DNA of 64,000 nt from NCBI RefSeq assembly GCF_018977255.1, contig NW_024704742.1:129148001-129212000 (forward strand). Direction: 5' to 3'. The position numbers and the translations under genes were made by a program. Source of the stretch: Callorhinchus milii (lineage: Eukaryota). Positions within the stretch are counted from its first letter, which is position 1; each line of letters begins with the position of its first letter. This document shows positions 38,801-51,482 of this stretch, piece by piece. The notes below the pieces were generated by a model. It made no database searches, had not been told where the DNA came from, and saw nothing but the letters and a program-made list of their open reading frames with translations.

Positions 38801-41800
38801 TCATATCGACTGCTCCTTAGGTGAGCATTGATAATGCACTGTAAAAAGTTCAAGTATTTTCCCCAATTATTTCATAACAACGTGACATTGAGCAGTACCA
38901 ACAATATATTTAGCTGCTCATTTATAAAAAAGGTCTATGCTGTCGCAAATTGCTTATGAAAATTGGCCTTAAAACACATGTCAGCTCTAACAATAACAAT
39001 ATTACATTTATATAGCACCTTTCACATCGGGAGGATGTCCCAAGGTGCTGAAATTTCTTCAATGCCATATTGTTCTTCCAGAACAAGCATTCAACCCAGA
39101 TGTTCCTGAGGGAATTTAACCTCTTTGCTGTGCTTACAGTTAGGCTCCTAGTACAGTACATGATCGAGCTACTCACAAGTGTTCAAAACCCATCCTTAGT
39201 TGTCATTTGAAGGTTAAGAATCAGACGTAAGCCTTCGACAAACTGTATTGCGTTTATGTTCAGAGACTGGAGAGATGCAGATAACAATAAATAATAATAA
39301 TCTTTGCATTTTATATAGCGCTTTTCACGTTTTCTAGACATCTCAAAGCACTTCACTGAACTGGCTGTATATTTGTGGCCAATGTTTCCTACGAAGATCG
39401 TAGATGAAGTACCATAGGCATCTCTGAGAAGCTTTCTTCAGATCTTTATTCAGCAGCATTCCCACTAAATAACTAAAATCCAAGGAATATGATGAACAAA
39501 TTAGTGGTAATAAAACAAAGTCGACTTTAGATTTCTAATTTTCATTTTGACAAGTGATCATAAAACAACACAATACCATACAATGTACATTTACGCAGGA
39601 CCTTCCACTCTAGGAGGACGTCTCAAAGCTGTTGATGCTGCTTGGCTGGGCACCCGACACAGACAATCTTTATCAGCTTACACACCAGTGGGCCAGCAGA
39701 CACTGGGTGTACCTCGTTCATCAGATTCCACCACGGACACATTTATCTTCACAAGAATGCCAAGAATGAAGCAAGCACAACAAGCAGATCTGGCTTGTCA
39801 AAGTCCGTACACAGCCCTGTCGTGGACATCACTTCATCTCCTCACTCTCCTGAGGAAAAAGCCCTGCATTAATCCACATGAAAATTGAAACCTTACATGC
39901 TAGAATCTCCTTGAACATTCCACCCCGTTGATATGTAAAGACATGGACCTATCCACACACACTTCCATCACCATGGTTGTGTCTGAAGCCACAGTTTTGC
40001 CTGAAGCATCCAGTGGACTCACAGAGTAACGAGAACTGACTTAACTGAAATCCAAATAACAGAGTTAAGCTTCTATCATCTTGCCAAGGGGTGTTAGTTG
40101 ACTCATTGTTATCTCTGTGTCTCCAGCCAGCCTCCTCTCTCAGTTTCAACTTCCAGATTGTAGCCAAAGGAAACGCCTGTCAAGAATCTGGAAAATTAAC
40201 CTCCAATAATATTGGTCCTACTGGAACAATAGAGGTTTACAGCACAGAAAGCTACTTGGCCGCTGTGTTTGTGATGTCACTTTTAAGACCAATCCTTTCA
40301 GTCCTATTTGTCTGCCCATTAGCTATACTCCTGTAGTTTAGGGTCAGGGAATTGGGGGAATGGTAACTATGAAAGGAAGGAGGCTGATAATTTGCTTCTC
40401 TGTACGAGGGCACTGGGTCTAATTGTACCTGGGTGCCTCTTCTCCTGTCACAGTTGAGGTGAGCAATCTCATCATAAACCTGGGACTGCACAGTTTGTGC
40501 TGAGTAAGCTGACTACTCACAAGTTCCCAAACTGTTTCCCACTGTTTTCGAGGCTTATTTTGTAGTAAATATGCATTTCTAGTTTCTTTATTTTACAGCA
40601 CACAATCCTCCTCACCTCGCGTTGATAGCGTCAGTGCTGAATCTATGCACCATCTTCTTTGTTCATCTGGGAACAAGCAGTGAATGGTGTCTAATTACTG
40701 CCTGAGTGAGTCTGTGGTGGAGAGACTGAGACCGACCACACTGTGACCTCTGCTAGAGCTACAGATTCCACATTGTCAAAATTAGAGATGACTTCTTTCA
40801 ATGTACCACTTCAGCACCTAACTGTTTTGGTCTGACACATTACCCTCTTTAATCTTCTTCAGCTGCGTTGTTAAACCGAGATCCTGTCTGCCTGTTCAGG
40901 TGGATGTTAAAGATCTCATGACACTATTCAAAAATAGAAGAGAGTTTCCCCTGTAGAAGGAGTGGTGGTTGATTGTAAGGTTGATGTCATGAGGACATTC
41001 CAAAGTGCTTCACAAGATATACTATAAAGTGCAATTACTGTGTGTGTTTGTGGGCAACCAATTTGCACAAAGCAATACCCCACAGAGAGCCATGAAGAGA
41101 ATGAGCAATTGTACTTGGGGAATTGTTGGGAAGGAGTTCAAGAGAGTTGGGGGCAGAATGGATAAAAGCTTGCCCATTGTTGGTGGGGCAGACTTGCTGG
41201 GCATAGGAAGCAGGTCAGTGTTAACCGAGTGGAGGGAGCAGCAAAGGCAGTAGGGTGCCAGGAGGTCACAGAGGTAGGGTAGAATGACTCAAGTGTGCAG
41301 CTTTATTTTGCAGAACTATGCAGAATATATACGTAAGAAAGTGAAGGAATATTCTTTCTCGTCTGATGTCCCATGATACCAGAGACCCAGGATTCTTTAG
41401 TGCACTAACCTTAAGACAATGATCTTAAAGTTTTCCTAGATTCCAAAACAGATGTTCACTACTACCTTTAAGAATCCCAAAAGTTGAAGCAGCTTGCTGA
41501 GCTGTCACAACAGGGATGTAAAATTCATCAAACAATTCGACAACTTCAATTCTGTGAAAAATAAGGTGCAATATTATCAGGATCTTTTCACTTAAGAAAA
41601 ACATTCTGCCTGTTTGTTTGCTATTCTCAACCAATTTGAGCAAACATGCTTGGTTTCTACTGTAAACACAGGAGATATTCTCCACAGTCTGCAAACCTTT
41701 TGGAGGGAATTGAAGTGTCAATGTTTAGCCACTGGTGCTCTGCCTTTGAATGCTCCCTCAGACGATGTAATTCTCAACTGCATCCTACTGTAAAACGATT

Positions 41801-42249
41801 AAGCTCAGTTATGCAGTGTATCAAGGTCATCTTTCAAGGAAGAGCAGTGACTAATCTCTTGACTTTACAAGGACGTTAAAGGACATCTCACAGGGCTCTG
41901 CTCTGCCTTGTGGCTCAGTGCCAGTGTATTATTGATGCAATCTTGCAAGGGACATGGATAATTGCAACAATATAAGAAAAACTCAGATAAAAAAACAAAT
42001 CATTTGAGATTGATATCTAAGGTTGGTTTTTTTCATGAGTTAACTCAGAGGCTTGTAAAAATAGATGAGGCAGAGATAGCAGATACATTACTGAATGTTG
42101 GGAAATTCTTCCCGAGGGAACAAAGATACAGGAAAGCATTTCTCATAGATATCCAGTCTGCAGACTTCCAACACCTAATGCAACTTCTGATCTTCTCAGA
42201 ATAAATATAGGATCTGGCACGTTTTCTCAGAGAATCTGTTTTCTCAGAG

Positions 42250-42475
42250 AATGGTGATGGAGCAAGTGATAGAAATGAGAAAGGAGAAGACTAGAAAAAG
42301 AACTGGAGAGAAGGGAAGAGAGAGCGAGAGAAATGGAAAGAGAGAAGGAGAGGGAGAGGGGGAGAGAAGCAGAAAGGAAAAACGTCCAACCGAAAGAAAG
42401 ACACAAAACCTTGACAAGCAAACACAAAGAGAAGATAAAGAGAAGAGAAAACAAAGTGAGACAAAACAGAAAATT
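42250..42475 (+). repeat. Purine-rich (GA) low-complexity tract
   Basis: Almost entirely A/G. A similar tract lies at 44040-44190. Confidence 0.8.
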
Positions 42476-42818
42476 ATAAACATTACAGTATAACCATGTA
42501 CCACAATTTCCTGTACGCATTATAACTAAAGCCCCATGGCTTTGAACCAGGAGGAACACTAATAGAGAAAATTGAGGGAATTTCTGATCATAATGTCGGT
42601 GTATAGATGTTATATAGAGAGGAGATAGCTCATGCTACCCAATGCCCTATATTACCTTCTCCAGAAATGCGTAATGTGTAGTGACCATTTTTTTTGAGTG
42701 CTAAAAGATAAGCACATGCCACCTTGTTTTGTTCTGCGCAGTCCCTTTTGAACCGCTTCTGTCTGATTAGTTGCATAATAAACAAAGGCAATAATATCAC
42801 AAAGGCGAATTTCCTGCA

Positions 42819-43203
42819 TGTGGAGTCCTGTAGCATAGCGGTTAGAGCACTCGCCTTACAAGCGAGAGGACCCGGGCACGATTCTCGGGCGGAGCAAAAC
42901 CTTAGACAAGTTTCCTTACCCACAAACACACTTCGGTTTCTCTAGCAGTAAACAGAAACCCACTTGTTAGTCGATTGGTGGATCACTTGTCAGCGGTAAT
43001 AATCCCTTAAAAAAATTAATGAATAAAAATGATAAAAATGTGGTCACTCAATCCACACCTGTGTGTGGGACACTGCTGTGCTCAATTGGCGCCGCATTTC
43101 GCCCATAAAATATAGTGTCACTACGCTTATACAGTATATTCCATGAAGCGCTTTGAGGCATCTCAACGATGTGATAAGGCAAATGCAAGGATTATTATTA
43201 TTT
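42819..43203 (+). mobile_element. SINE family A, long variant, full length
   Basis: tggagtcctgtagcatagcggttagagcac head through gcaaggattattatt. Confidence 0.9.
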
Positions 43204-43532
43204 TATAGGAATGAAACAAAAACAACTTATATTTATGTGGAGCCTTCATACAGACTCATATTTCACAAAGATGGGGTGGCCATCTCTGCTCTTGAGCATT
43301 ATTTATCCATATGTCCCTTTATCCACACAGGCCTCTGAAGCAGTAGTTGGACACGGGGTGGTAGATATGACCGCACCTTCAGTCATCCTTCCACCTCCAC
43401 CTTCTTGCCCTCCAACCCTCCGCTCGGGTGCAAACCCTTCACTGACCAGCGCCTTGGGACGTCCCCCAATGTGAAAGGTGCAATTCAAATTAAACTTGTT
43501 GTTGTTGACATCAACATGAAAATACTGTTACA

Positions 43533-43672
43533 TGCATGTGTGATATTGTGCACGTGTGATATTGTGCATGTGTGATATTGTGCATGTGTGATATTGTGCA
43601 TGTGTGATATTGTGCATGTGTGATATTGTGCACATGTGATATTGTGCACGTGTGATATTGTACATGTGTGAT
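43533..43672. repeat. 16-bp minisatellite (TGTGTGATATTGTGCA), ~8.5 copies
   Basis: Direct tandem array. Confidence 0.95.
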
Positions 43673-45724
43673 GTCATTGAGCAACAAGATTGCTAACGGT
43701 GCTTTTAGCCCGGCTATATATTAATAATAACAATGTTATCACTGAATCCACAACTGTTTGTGGGACACTGCTGTGTGCAATTGGCTGCCGCATTTTGCAC
43801 ACAAAATACACCGTCAACTCACTTTACAATATATTCTGTGAAGCGTGTTGAGATGTCTTGAAGACATGATAAGGCACTTTATCAAATGCAAAGCTTATTA
43901 TATTATTGTTACATGATTCAAACAACCTTGTGAGCATCCGCACAACTTGGCACAAACACACCAACAGTGAAGGACAGATCTTCGTATTTCTGCATCATAC
44001 AGTTAGCTTATGGTTAGAAATGTAATATCTTAGATATTGTAGAGAAAGAGGAGAGAGAAAATTAGAGAGACTTGGAAAGAGAGAGAGAGATACACACAAT
44101 TAGAGAGTGAGAGAGAGAAAGAAAGCAGAATAAAAGAAAACAAAGGTCAGAAAGGTTGAGTAGGAGAGAGAATGGCAGAGAGAATGGTTGTAGTTATGGT
44201 ATAATTTCGAAAGGAACTTTTTTTTTTAGTTAGGCATTTTAGCCAATCGGTATTTTGTATTACGTCCAATTATCCAACTATCTACTTACCCAAAAGTGGC
44301 TGGTCCCAATCACTGTGGATAATTGGCTCTGTACTGTACTGCTGTTACAATCAAAGAGGTGCCCTGAATTTACAGCCCTGAGTATTTGCTCAGTGTTGTG
44401 AGCCAAGGATCTGGTTGAGAAGCCGTCAACAAGCAGACTGTAAACTGAATCTGGCTGCTCTGTAGTGTGGTTCTCTGGCTGTTGTGTTGTTTATTTTTGT
44501 CATCAAGCTCCAATAGATACTTCACTTGGTAGAGTTTGCAGAGAACGCAACTGAGCCAAACAGACAAAAAGGCCCCAGATTGGGTCCCAGGTCAACCTAA
44601 ACCCTGGCACCAGTGCATCAAATGGTCGTAGAACCTCTGAACTTTGGTGGGAAAAATCAGACAAGGTTCTTCTCCTGATTACTATCCAGTGACATCTGTT
44701 AAAAATGATGCCTATGGACACCAGGATAAGATTGGTTATTGAAGTGCTGGTGCCGTGCTTATATATTCACACAGCACTCATCGGCTCATTTGCGCCGACA
44801 TTATGCTGATTGCTAAAAATATGGATCTCTTCACTCTGCCTTTTGGTATCAGCCTGGCTCAGTAGGTAGCATGCTCACTGCTTCAATTGTAAGTTAAAGA
44901 TCCCATGGCACTATTTTCTCGGCTCATAATAATTTGATCGCTGTCAAAGAGAAATAATAATAATTGTTATCATTATTGCATAGCAATGTCAAGAAACAAA
45001 TGGCAACTGATAAGCATTTTAGAGGTATGCTTGATATAATTTTATGCCTGATATGGCGATGACTCAAGCATAATATTTTCTTTGCTTTCAGAATTAATGC
45101 CAAACTGTTTGAAGCTGTAAAACAAACACATTTCACCTGGTGCTGATGCCAAGTCTTCCTGTTTGCCTCTCTTGTTCAAATTCTAAAATTCTCTCCTAAT
45201 CCAAAGGCTTTCCCAGCAAAGCTCTTTCATAATCCTGCGCCCTGGGTGTGCGCGCTAAATCATAAAACCGACAGAGAAAAATGTTAGCTCTCTCCGGTGG
45301 AAGCGTTATTACTGAGCCTTGCAGTCTATTGTTTGCAAAGCAATCTCCCACAGGGACAAAAGCAGCTCTATTGCTGATTCAACACAATGATTACTGCAAA
45401 CCAACAAAAGAGTATGTCACCAATACATCTCTCAGCTCATAATACCTTTAACCATTGAGTTAGCAGGCCTGTGAGAGCGATCATTGAATGACTGCATTAT
45501 CCCCCCTGGTGATTTGAGAATTTATACAGTGTTTTAGTAAATTATTATCAAACTTGTCTATATTGGGAAAGCATATTGTTAATGTTCAGTATTTTTCTCC
45601 TTTCAAATAGTTTTAGTCCTTAAAACTTAATTCCCTAATATTTGCAGTTCAGAATTTATGGATGAATTAATTGATTCATTTGAACGAATTTCTCTTTCTC
45701 ATGCAAGTACCCTCTCCTGTTTGT

Positions 45725-46500
45725 AGGACTGGCTCAATTGGTAATACTCTCGTCACAAAGTCAGAAGGTTATGGGTTCAAGCCTTACATCAGGCCCTTGA
45801 CTTTTAATTTAGACTGACACTCAAATGCAGTAATGGAGTGTGCTGCACTGTTGAAAGTGCCGTTTTCAGATGAGACATTAAGCCAAGGCCCTGGCTGCTC
45901 TGTTCAGTTGGAGTGCGGTAGCTTAGTGGTTAGAGCACTAGTCCCGCAAGCGAGAGGACCTGGGTTTGATTCCCATGCAGGACGATGTGTTAGGCAATTT
46001 TCCTTAGTCCACACGCCTCTTTTTACCTAGCTGTAAGTAGGAACCCAGTTGTGAGGTGATTGTTGGTTCGCTTTTCTGGAGGTAATAATCCCTTAAAAAA
46101 AATAATAAAATAATAATTTCATCACTCAATCCATGACTGTGCGCAATTGGTTGCTGTGTTTCGCCCACAAAATATATAGTCAATTCACTTTATTCTGTGA
46201 GTGCTTTGAAACGTCTCAGACGTGATAAAGCCCTATATAAAATGTAAGAATCTATATTAAAGATCCCATGGCATTATTCAAAAGAGAAGGGGGTTCCTTC
46301 CGGTGTCCTGGCCAACAATGCCCCAAATGAAATTGACCATTCATTTCATGGGCTATTTGTGGGAAATTGTTTTACGCAATTTGGCTGCAAGGTTCACCTA
46401 TAAAACATACAGTGAATATACTTTACAGTAAATCCTGTGAGGTGTTTTGAGTTGTCTTGACAATGTGATAAGGTGCTACATCAAACAGAAGGATGGTTTT
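45725..46500 (+). mobile_element. Family-B SINE interrupted by a family-A SINE (45909-46250)
   Basis: The Deu core breaks at ctgttcag| and resumes at |ttaaagatcccatggc (~46258). Confidence 0.85.
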
Positions 46501-46799
46501 ATTTTATGAACAGTCTCAATAGTTTTTACTTTCATCTTCTATCCATCCATCAGCAAAATGAGCTACAGGTAAGAGCAGGAGGTGATTGATTAATTAGTCT
46601 GCATTTTGAAAGGAAGAGATAAGAGCTGAAAAATAGTTTCTGAAAATGAACTTATCATCACTCAAACGACTTGGTTCCTAGCCACTACTGAATACTTTTC
46701 AGGTACTCATTATTCTTTTTACATTTAACAATCTGTTCTTGTTAAATATCAAATGATCAACCGGTCACTATGCTCGAGATGTGTTCTTGGAACTGAACC

Positions 46800-47066
46800 A
46801 GAACTGCTGTACTGCAGGGCACTGTTGACGACAGACCAGCCGTCCTGGCTCATCGGCAGGACTTGAGGGTTTGATCCCTGAGGATAGGGATTCTTCCCAT
46901 TCAGTTCCTGTTAACCCTATAACAGGGTAGGGTGGTCCTAGCTGGACAAGCAGTGGGAAAAGTTGCCAGACCTTGCTCTCAATGGCAAACTGTGAGGTTT
47001 TAGTTGATTAAACATTGGCAGCGCCCAAATGTTCACTGTGGAGTCTCTAAAGCCTTGACTCTTGCC
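46800..47066 (+). mobile_element. Old non-LTR retrotransposon RT fragment, copy 2
   Basis: GTVDDRPAVLAHRQDL, VNP and LPDLALNGKL. Reverse-complement homolog of 22650-22920. Confidence 0.5.
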
Positions 47067-47394
47067 AACTTGTGACTAATATTCTGTGGAAGGTGCATCT
47101 CTGTAAGGAGAGAGTGCACATTGTTAATTCTGATGTGTTACTGTATTGTATTGCAACCCTTTGCCAATCTGTATTGCGGTTTCCACATTTCCAACTCTAC
47201 ACTCCATATGGCTATACTTTGCTTTGCTTCATCTTCTCTTCTACTTCTTTCAATTTCAGAGCTATCCCGCATTACAGCAGCGACCTTTCACCCAGGTTGG
47301 TCAAGAAAACATTGACATTGAAAATCGACACTTCCCTTCTCTCTCTCCCCACCACCGTTCTCCACCACATTCTGCACACTCCAAAATTGGAAAC

Positions 47395-47602
47395 CCCAGA
47401 GAAACTCCCTTCTCTTTTTGAATAGGGACATGGGATTTTTAACATCCACTTCAGCAAGTAGACTGGAACTTAGCTTAATGTCTCATCTGGAAGATGGCAC
47501 CGCCAACAATGCAGCACTCTCCCGGCATTGCATTAGAGTGTCAGTCTGTATGAGTTCAAAGTCCTGACATGGGCTTGAACCCACAATATTCTGACTCAGA
47601 GT
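47395..47602 (-). mobile_element. Deu-domain SINE (family B), 5' half
   Basis: Deu core plus partial head. Confidence 0.75.
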
Positions 47603-48406
47603 CCTACTTCTGAAAGAATATACATGTCCACAGCACAATGACTTTGGGCATGATTTCCACACTAGAGAAAAACAAGACAACAGTGGGGGTGGGGGAGTGG
47701 AATTTACAATGAGGGTGAGGCAATGTTAAAATGAGGGTGAGGGGATGTTACAATGAAGGTGAATGGGAAACAAGCTTGAGGGGACAGGCAGGTAATGAAA
47801 AATACTCTAAACACAAACTACTGGCTCTGCCAGTAAGTCGCCTGAGAATAGTTAGTAAATTATTATTATTATTATTAAATCATTAGTTCATAGGAATGAA
47901 TAAGACCAGAAAAGACCATTGCATTTTCAATGGTCTGATCCCAAAGTGACATATGGTCAGTCCTACTTCTGAAAGTGTATAGTGTCCACAGCACAATTAC
48001 TTTGTGCACCATTTCCACACTGAACCCAAATAAAATTACAATGAATACAAGTGTATATGAACAGCATGTATAAAACGAACCTCATAAAATAGAAATACAA
48101 CAGGCAGTAAACAATCCTGCACTGCTGGAAACATATGGTCTAAAACAAACAGACATTAAACTAGGAAAACATCCTATGGTTTTGGTATCTTTCAGACACT
48201 GTTACAATGACACTCATTGATTCCTAAGGTTCAAAGCGATTTGATGGTCAAATACTTTAGCAACATTCACAAGTCAGCCAATTGTCCATTTTAGAATTAT
48301 TCTGCATTGTTATGACCTGTGCTTTGGTACTCTGTGTCATTGCCAGTGTGTTACAGATGCCAAGATTCCCAAATTGACATAAATTCAAAAGTTCCTGCAA
48401 ATTAAT

Positions 48407-49070
48407 AAATAATAATAATCCTTGCATTTGATATAGCATTTTTCACATCTTCTAGACGTCCCAAAGCGCTTCACAGAATATACTGTAAAGTGAATTGACT
48501 GTATATTTGTGGGCGAACCCGGCAGCCAATTGTACACAGCAGTGTCCCACAAACAGTCATGGATTGAAAATGACCAATTTATTATTGTTTTGTTTTTTTG
48601 GAGGGATCATTATTAGGTGTGTGGAGTAAGGAAACTTGCCCAAGGTTTCACCCTGCCTGGAATTGAACTCAGGTCTCTCACAAATGTTCTTTGTGTAGCC
48701 CTTACATCTATCAAAAACAACGATTGTCAACTTGTTTCCTTTTGTAAGTGAACATGGTAGCCAATTTGTTCCCAGCAATGTCCCACCAAAAGCCATCAAG
48801 AGAATGATCAATTTCATATTTAGGGGATTGTTGGCCGGGACACCAGGAGAAACTCTTCTTTTCACAAAGTGCCATGAAATGTTTAACATCCCTGAATAGT
48901 CAGTCAGTACCTTGGTTTAATGTTTCATCTGAAGGATGGCACCTCCAATAATGCAACACTCCCCCAGCACTGTATTGGAGTGTCAACCAAGACTTCTATG
49001 ACCCCATGTGAGACTTGAACCCACAACCTTGTGACTCAGAAACAAGAGTGCTATTAAGTTGAGCCAGCGT
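48407..49070 (-). mobile_element. SINE family A short copy (48407-48681) next to a family-B SINE (48740-49070)
   Basis: Diagnostic heads and cores as in the other copies. Confidence 0.85.
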
Positions 49071-51482
49071 GAGAGCTCCTACATTGTATGTGGGAATTGT
49101 TAAAGTAAAATCAAGTAAGTGGCATGTCCTTCAGCACAATGTCCTTTTCAAAGCAAACTCCACCGACGTGCTGAAAAAACAAAGGGAAAAAAAGTGTTTG
49201 CTACGCACATTGTAGTGCTGATGGTGTCCGTTTAAATTGCGACAATTTGTGTACAGATTCTGTCCCCTGAACAGATTGTGCTGTCACTGTCTCTCTATTT
49301 CTTCATATTCCTATCAGATAAATAGTCCAGCTAAAGAGCTAAAAGCCGGTGCATTAGTTTCATTAACGGACTGATTCACTTTCCATCTGTCAGAGAGACT
49401 TTAACTTTATCTCCCCGCTTGCAGGAAATCTGCCCAGCACTGCAGATACAAACAGGCCACAGTAATCATTCACAAACACTATTACCTTACCAGATGGTCC
49501 AACTGACCTCAGTGCACTTTCAGATTGCAATTCAGAATGGGCTGATTTTAATTATTTAATACAATTCACCATTTACAAACAACATCCAGTGTAACCTTTC
49601 TGAACACACGTCGGTTGGCCCAGATATTGTGCAGCAGCCAACTTGATAGCAGCAACTACGTGTCTCCATTATTAAAAAATAAGGCCCACTTTTGATGGAA
49701 AAAAAATTACATTTTAAGGAATATAAGTAATATGAAGTAGCGCCTTTCACCTCTCAAGGACAACTCAAAGTGCTTTCATGGATTTACTGTAACGTGTGCT
49801 GACTGTGTATTTTTGTAGGCAAAGGCGGCAGCCAATTTACGCAAAGCAATGTCCCACAAACAACCATGAAGTGAATCATAATAAATAATAATAATCCTTC
49901 CATTTGATATAGCGCCTTACCACATCATTGAAATGTCTTAGTGCTTCACTGGATGTACTATAAAGTGGATTGACTGTATTTTATGGGTAATTATCAATTA
50001 TTTGGGGTGATTGTCCGCCAGGACACTAGGAGAAACCCACTTCTCTTTCGAATAGTGCCATGAGAGTTCCATTCCGTCCAATACCACTAACTTTGAATGT
50101 AAGCAGATCAATAATAAATCTTTTGTTTCAATAGGCATAAACACACCATTCTTTAATTTAAAAAAATATATATATTTGTTAACGGCAGAGATGCAGGTTC
50201 AAAGGTGAATATACAGAGGACCATTTGCGAAAAGGATTATTTATAATTATTAATTATGAAATCAGGCTACCCAGTCTGTAGTCTGATTGTTCATCCCTTT
50301 CCCTTATTTCTAAAGACTGACGTTACCTTTGGTTTCTTTACAATCTTCTTCAATTTGTCCCTGTAGTGAACTCTGGAAAATTGCCTTTTGAGGATTCACT
50401 GCCTTTGCAATGCTCCGCAGGCAAACCTTAGCCATTCCAGCCAGAAGATTGCTTAACACAGGATAAAATTGCTCAATTTGAGCAGTTTCACTGCCTTTGG
50501 GGCATGAGTAACAGCATTGACCAACTGAACTACTGCACCGATGGGCTTTAGTTTAACTGAGATTGGCCACTGGGGCATAAGAAAGAACATCCATCATTGA
50601 AACCTCTGAATCAGTCCCCAAGAAAAGGTTTATTGCTTTTTCCTATGCAAAGGCATCTGTGCAGATATGAAACAGTCCATCATGGCACATGACTGCATAC
50701 CCCATGGAGTTGTACAGGGTGATACAGCAAGGAAAAAAGCCATTCGGCCCAACTAGTTCACACCATTTCTCAATAAAGTTACCAAGGCATAAATGAACCT
50801 ATCACAATTTATTGCAGGGCATTCCCCTGTCTCTGCTACACTACAGGGGTGCCAGTTTTTAAACCCCTTCCTTTGTCACTGTCACTCCAACATAGACAAG
50901 CTTGACAGCCATAATAATGGGAAAACATATGGAGATACAGTGTTTGTAAAACATTTATATACTAGCTCTCTCCTCTGGACGACATCTCAAACAGCTTCAT
51001 GTAGCTGACTGGTGAAGCCTAAGCCATTGTGTGTGTGTGTGTGTGTGTGGTGGAGAGGATGAGGGAGAGGGAGGCAGAATGGTGGGGTGAGGCAGAATTG
51101 GTGGTGAGGTGGAGCTGTATGTGTGTGGTCCAAATAGAAGTTACCATTCTGAGCAAATGTTACAGCAGTTTTGTTAACAATAATTCTGAATTGTCAGTTC
51201 ATTCCAAATCCAGGTATTTGAAGAATTTCCAGATGTTTACCAAAGACTGGGATTCAGCTGGAGTTAGCTGGTGTCCAGTAAACAGCGCACTGAAATGGTG
51301 CACGGTTAACATTAACCAATCCTGTGAAGCTCTTTGAAATGTCCTCCCAACATGAATGAATGCAAGCATTTTAGTCTTGAGAGAAGATAACTCAGATGGG
51401 ACCTCATAGAGGTGTATAATATTTTAAATGCGATTGAAAAAGTAATCCAGAACAATCCTTGAGGATGCAACAAGACAGGAGA

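Noticed and set aside
42227..42559. Hydrophobic or charged ORFs on both strands
   Set aside because: They are translations of a GA-rich low-complexity tract.
43533..43672. CRISPR-like array
   Set aside because: It is a contiguous tandem repeat with no unique spacers, in a vertebrate context.
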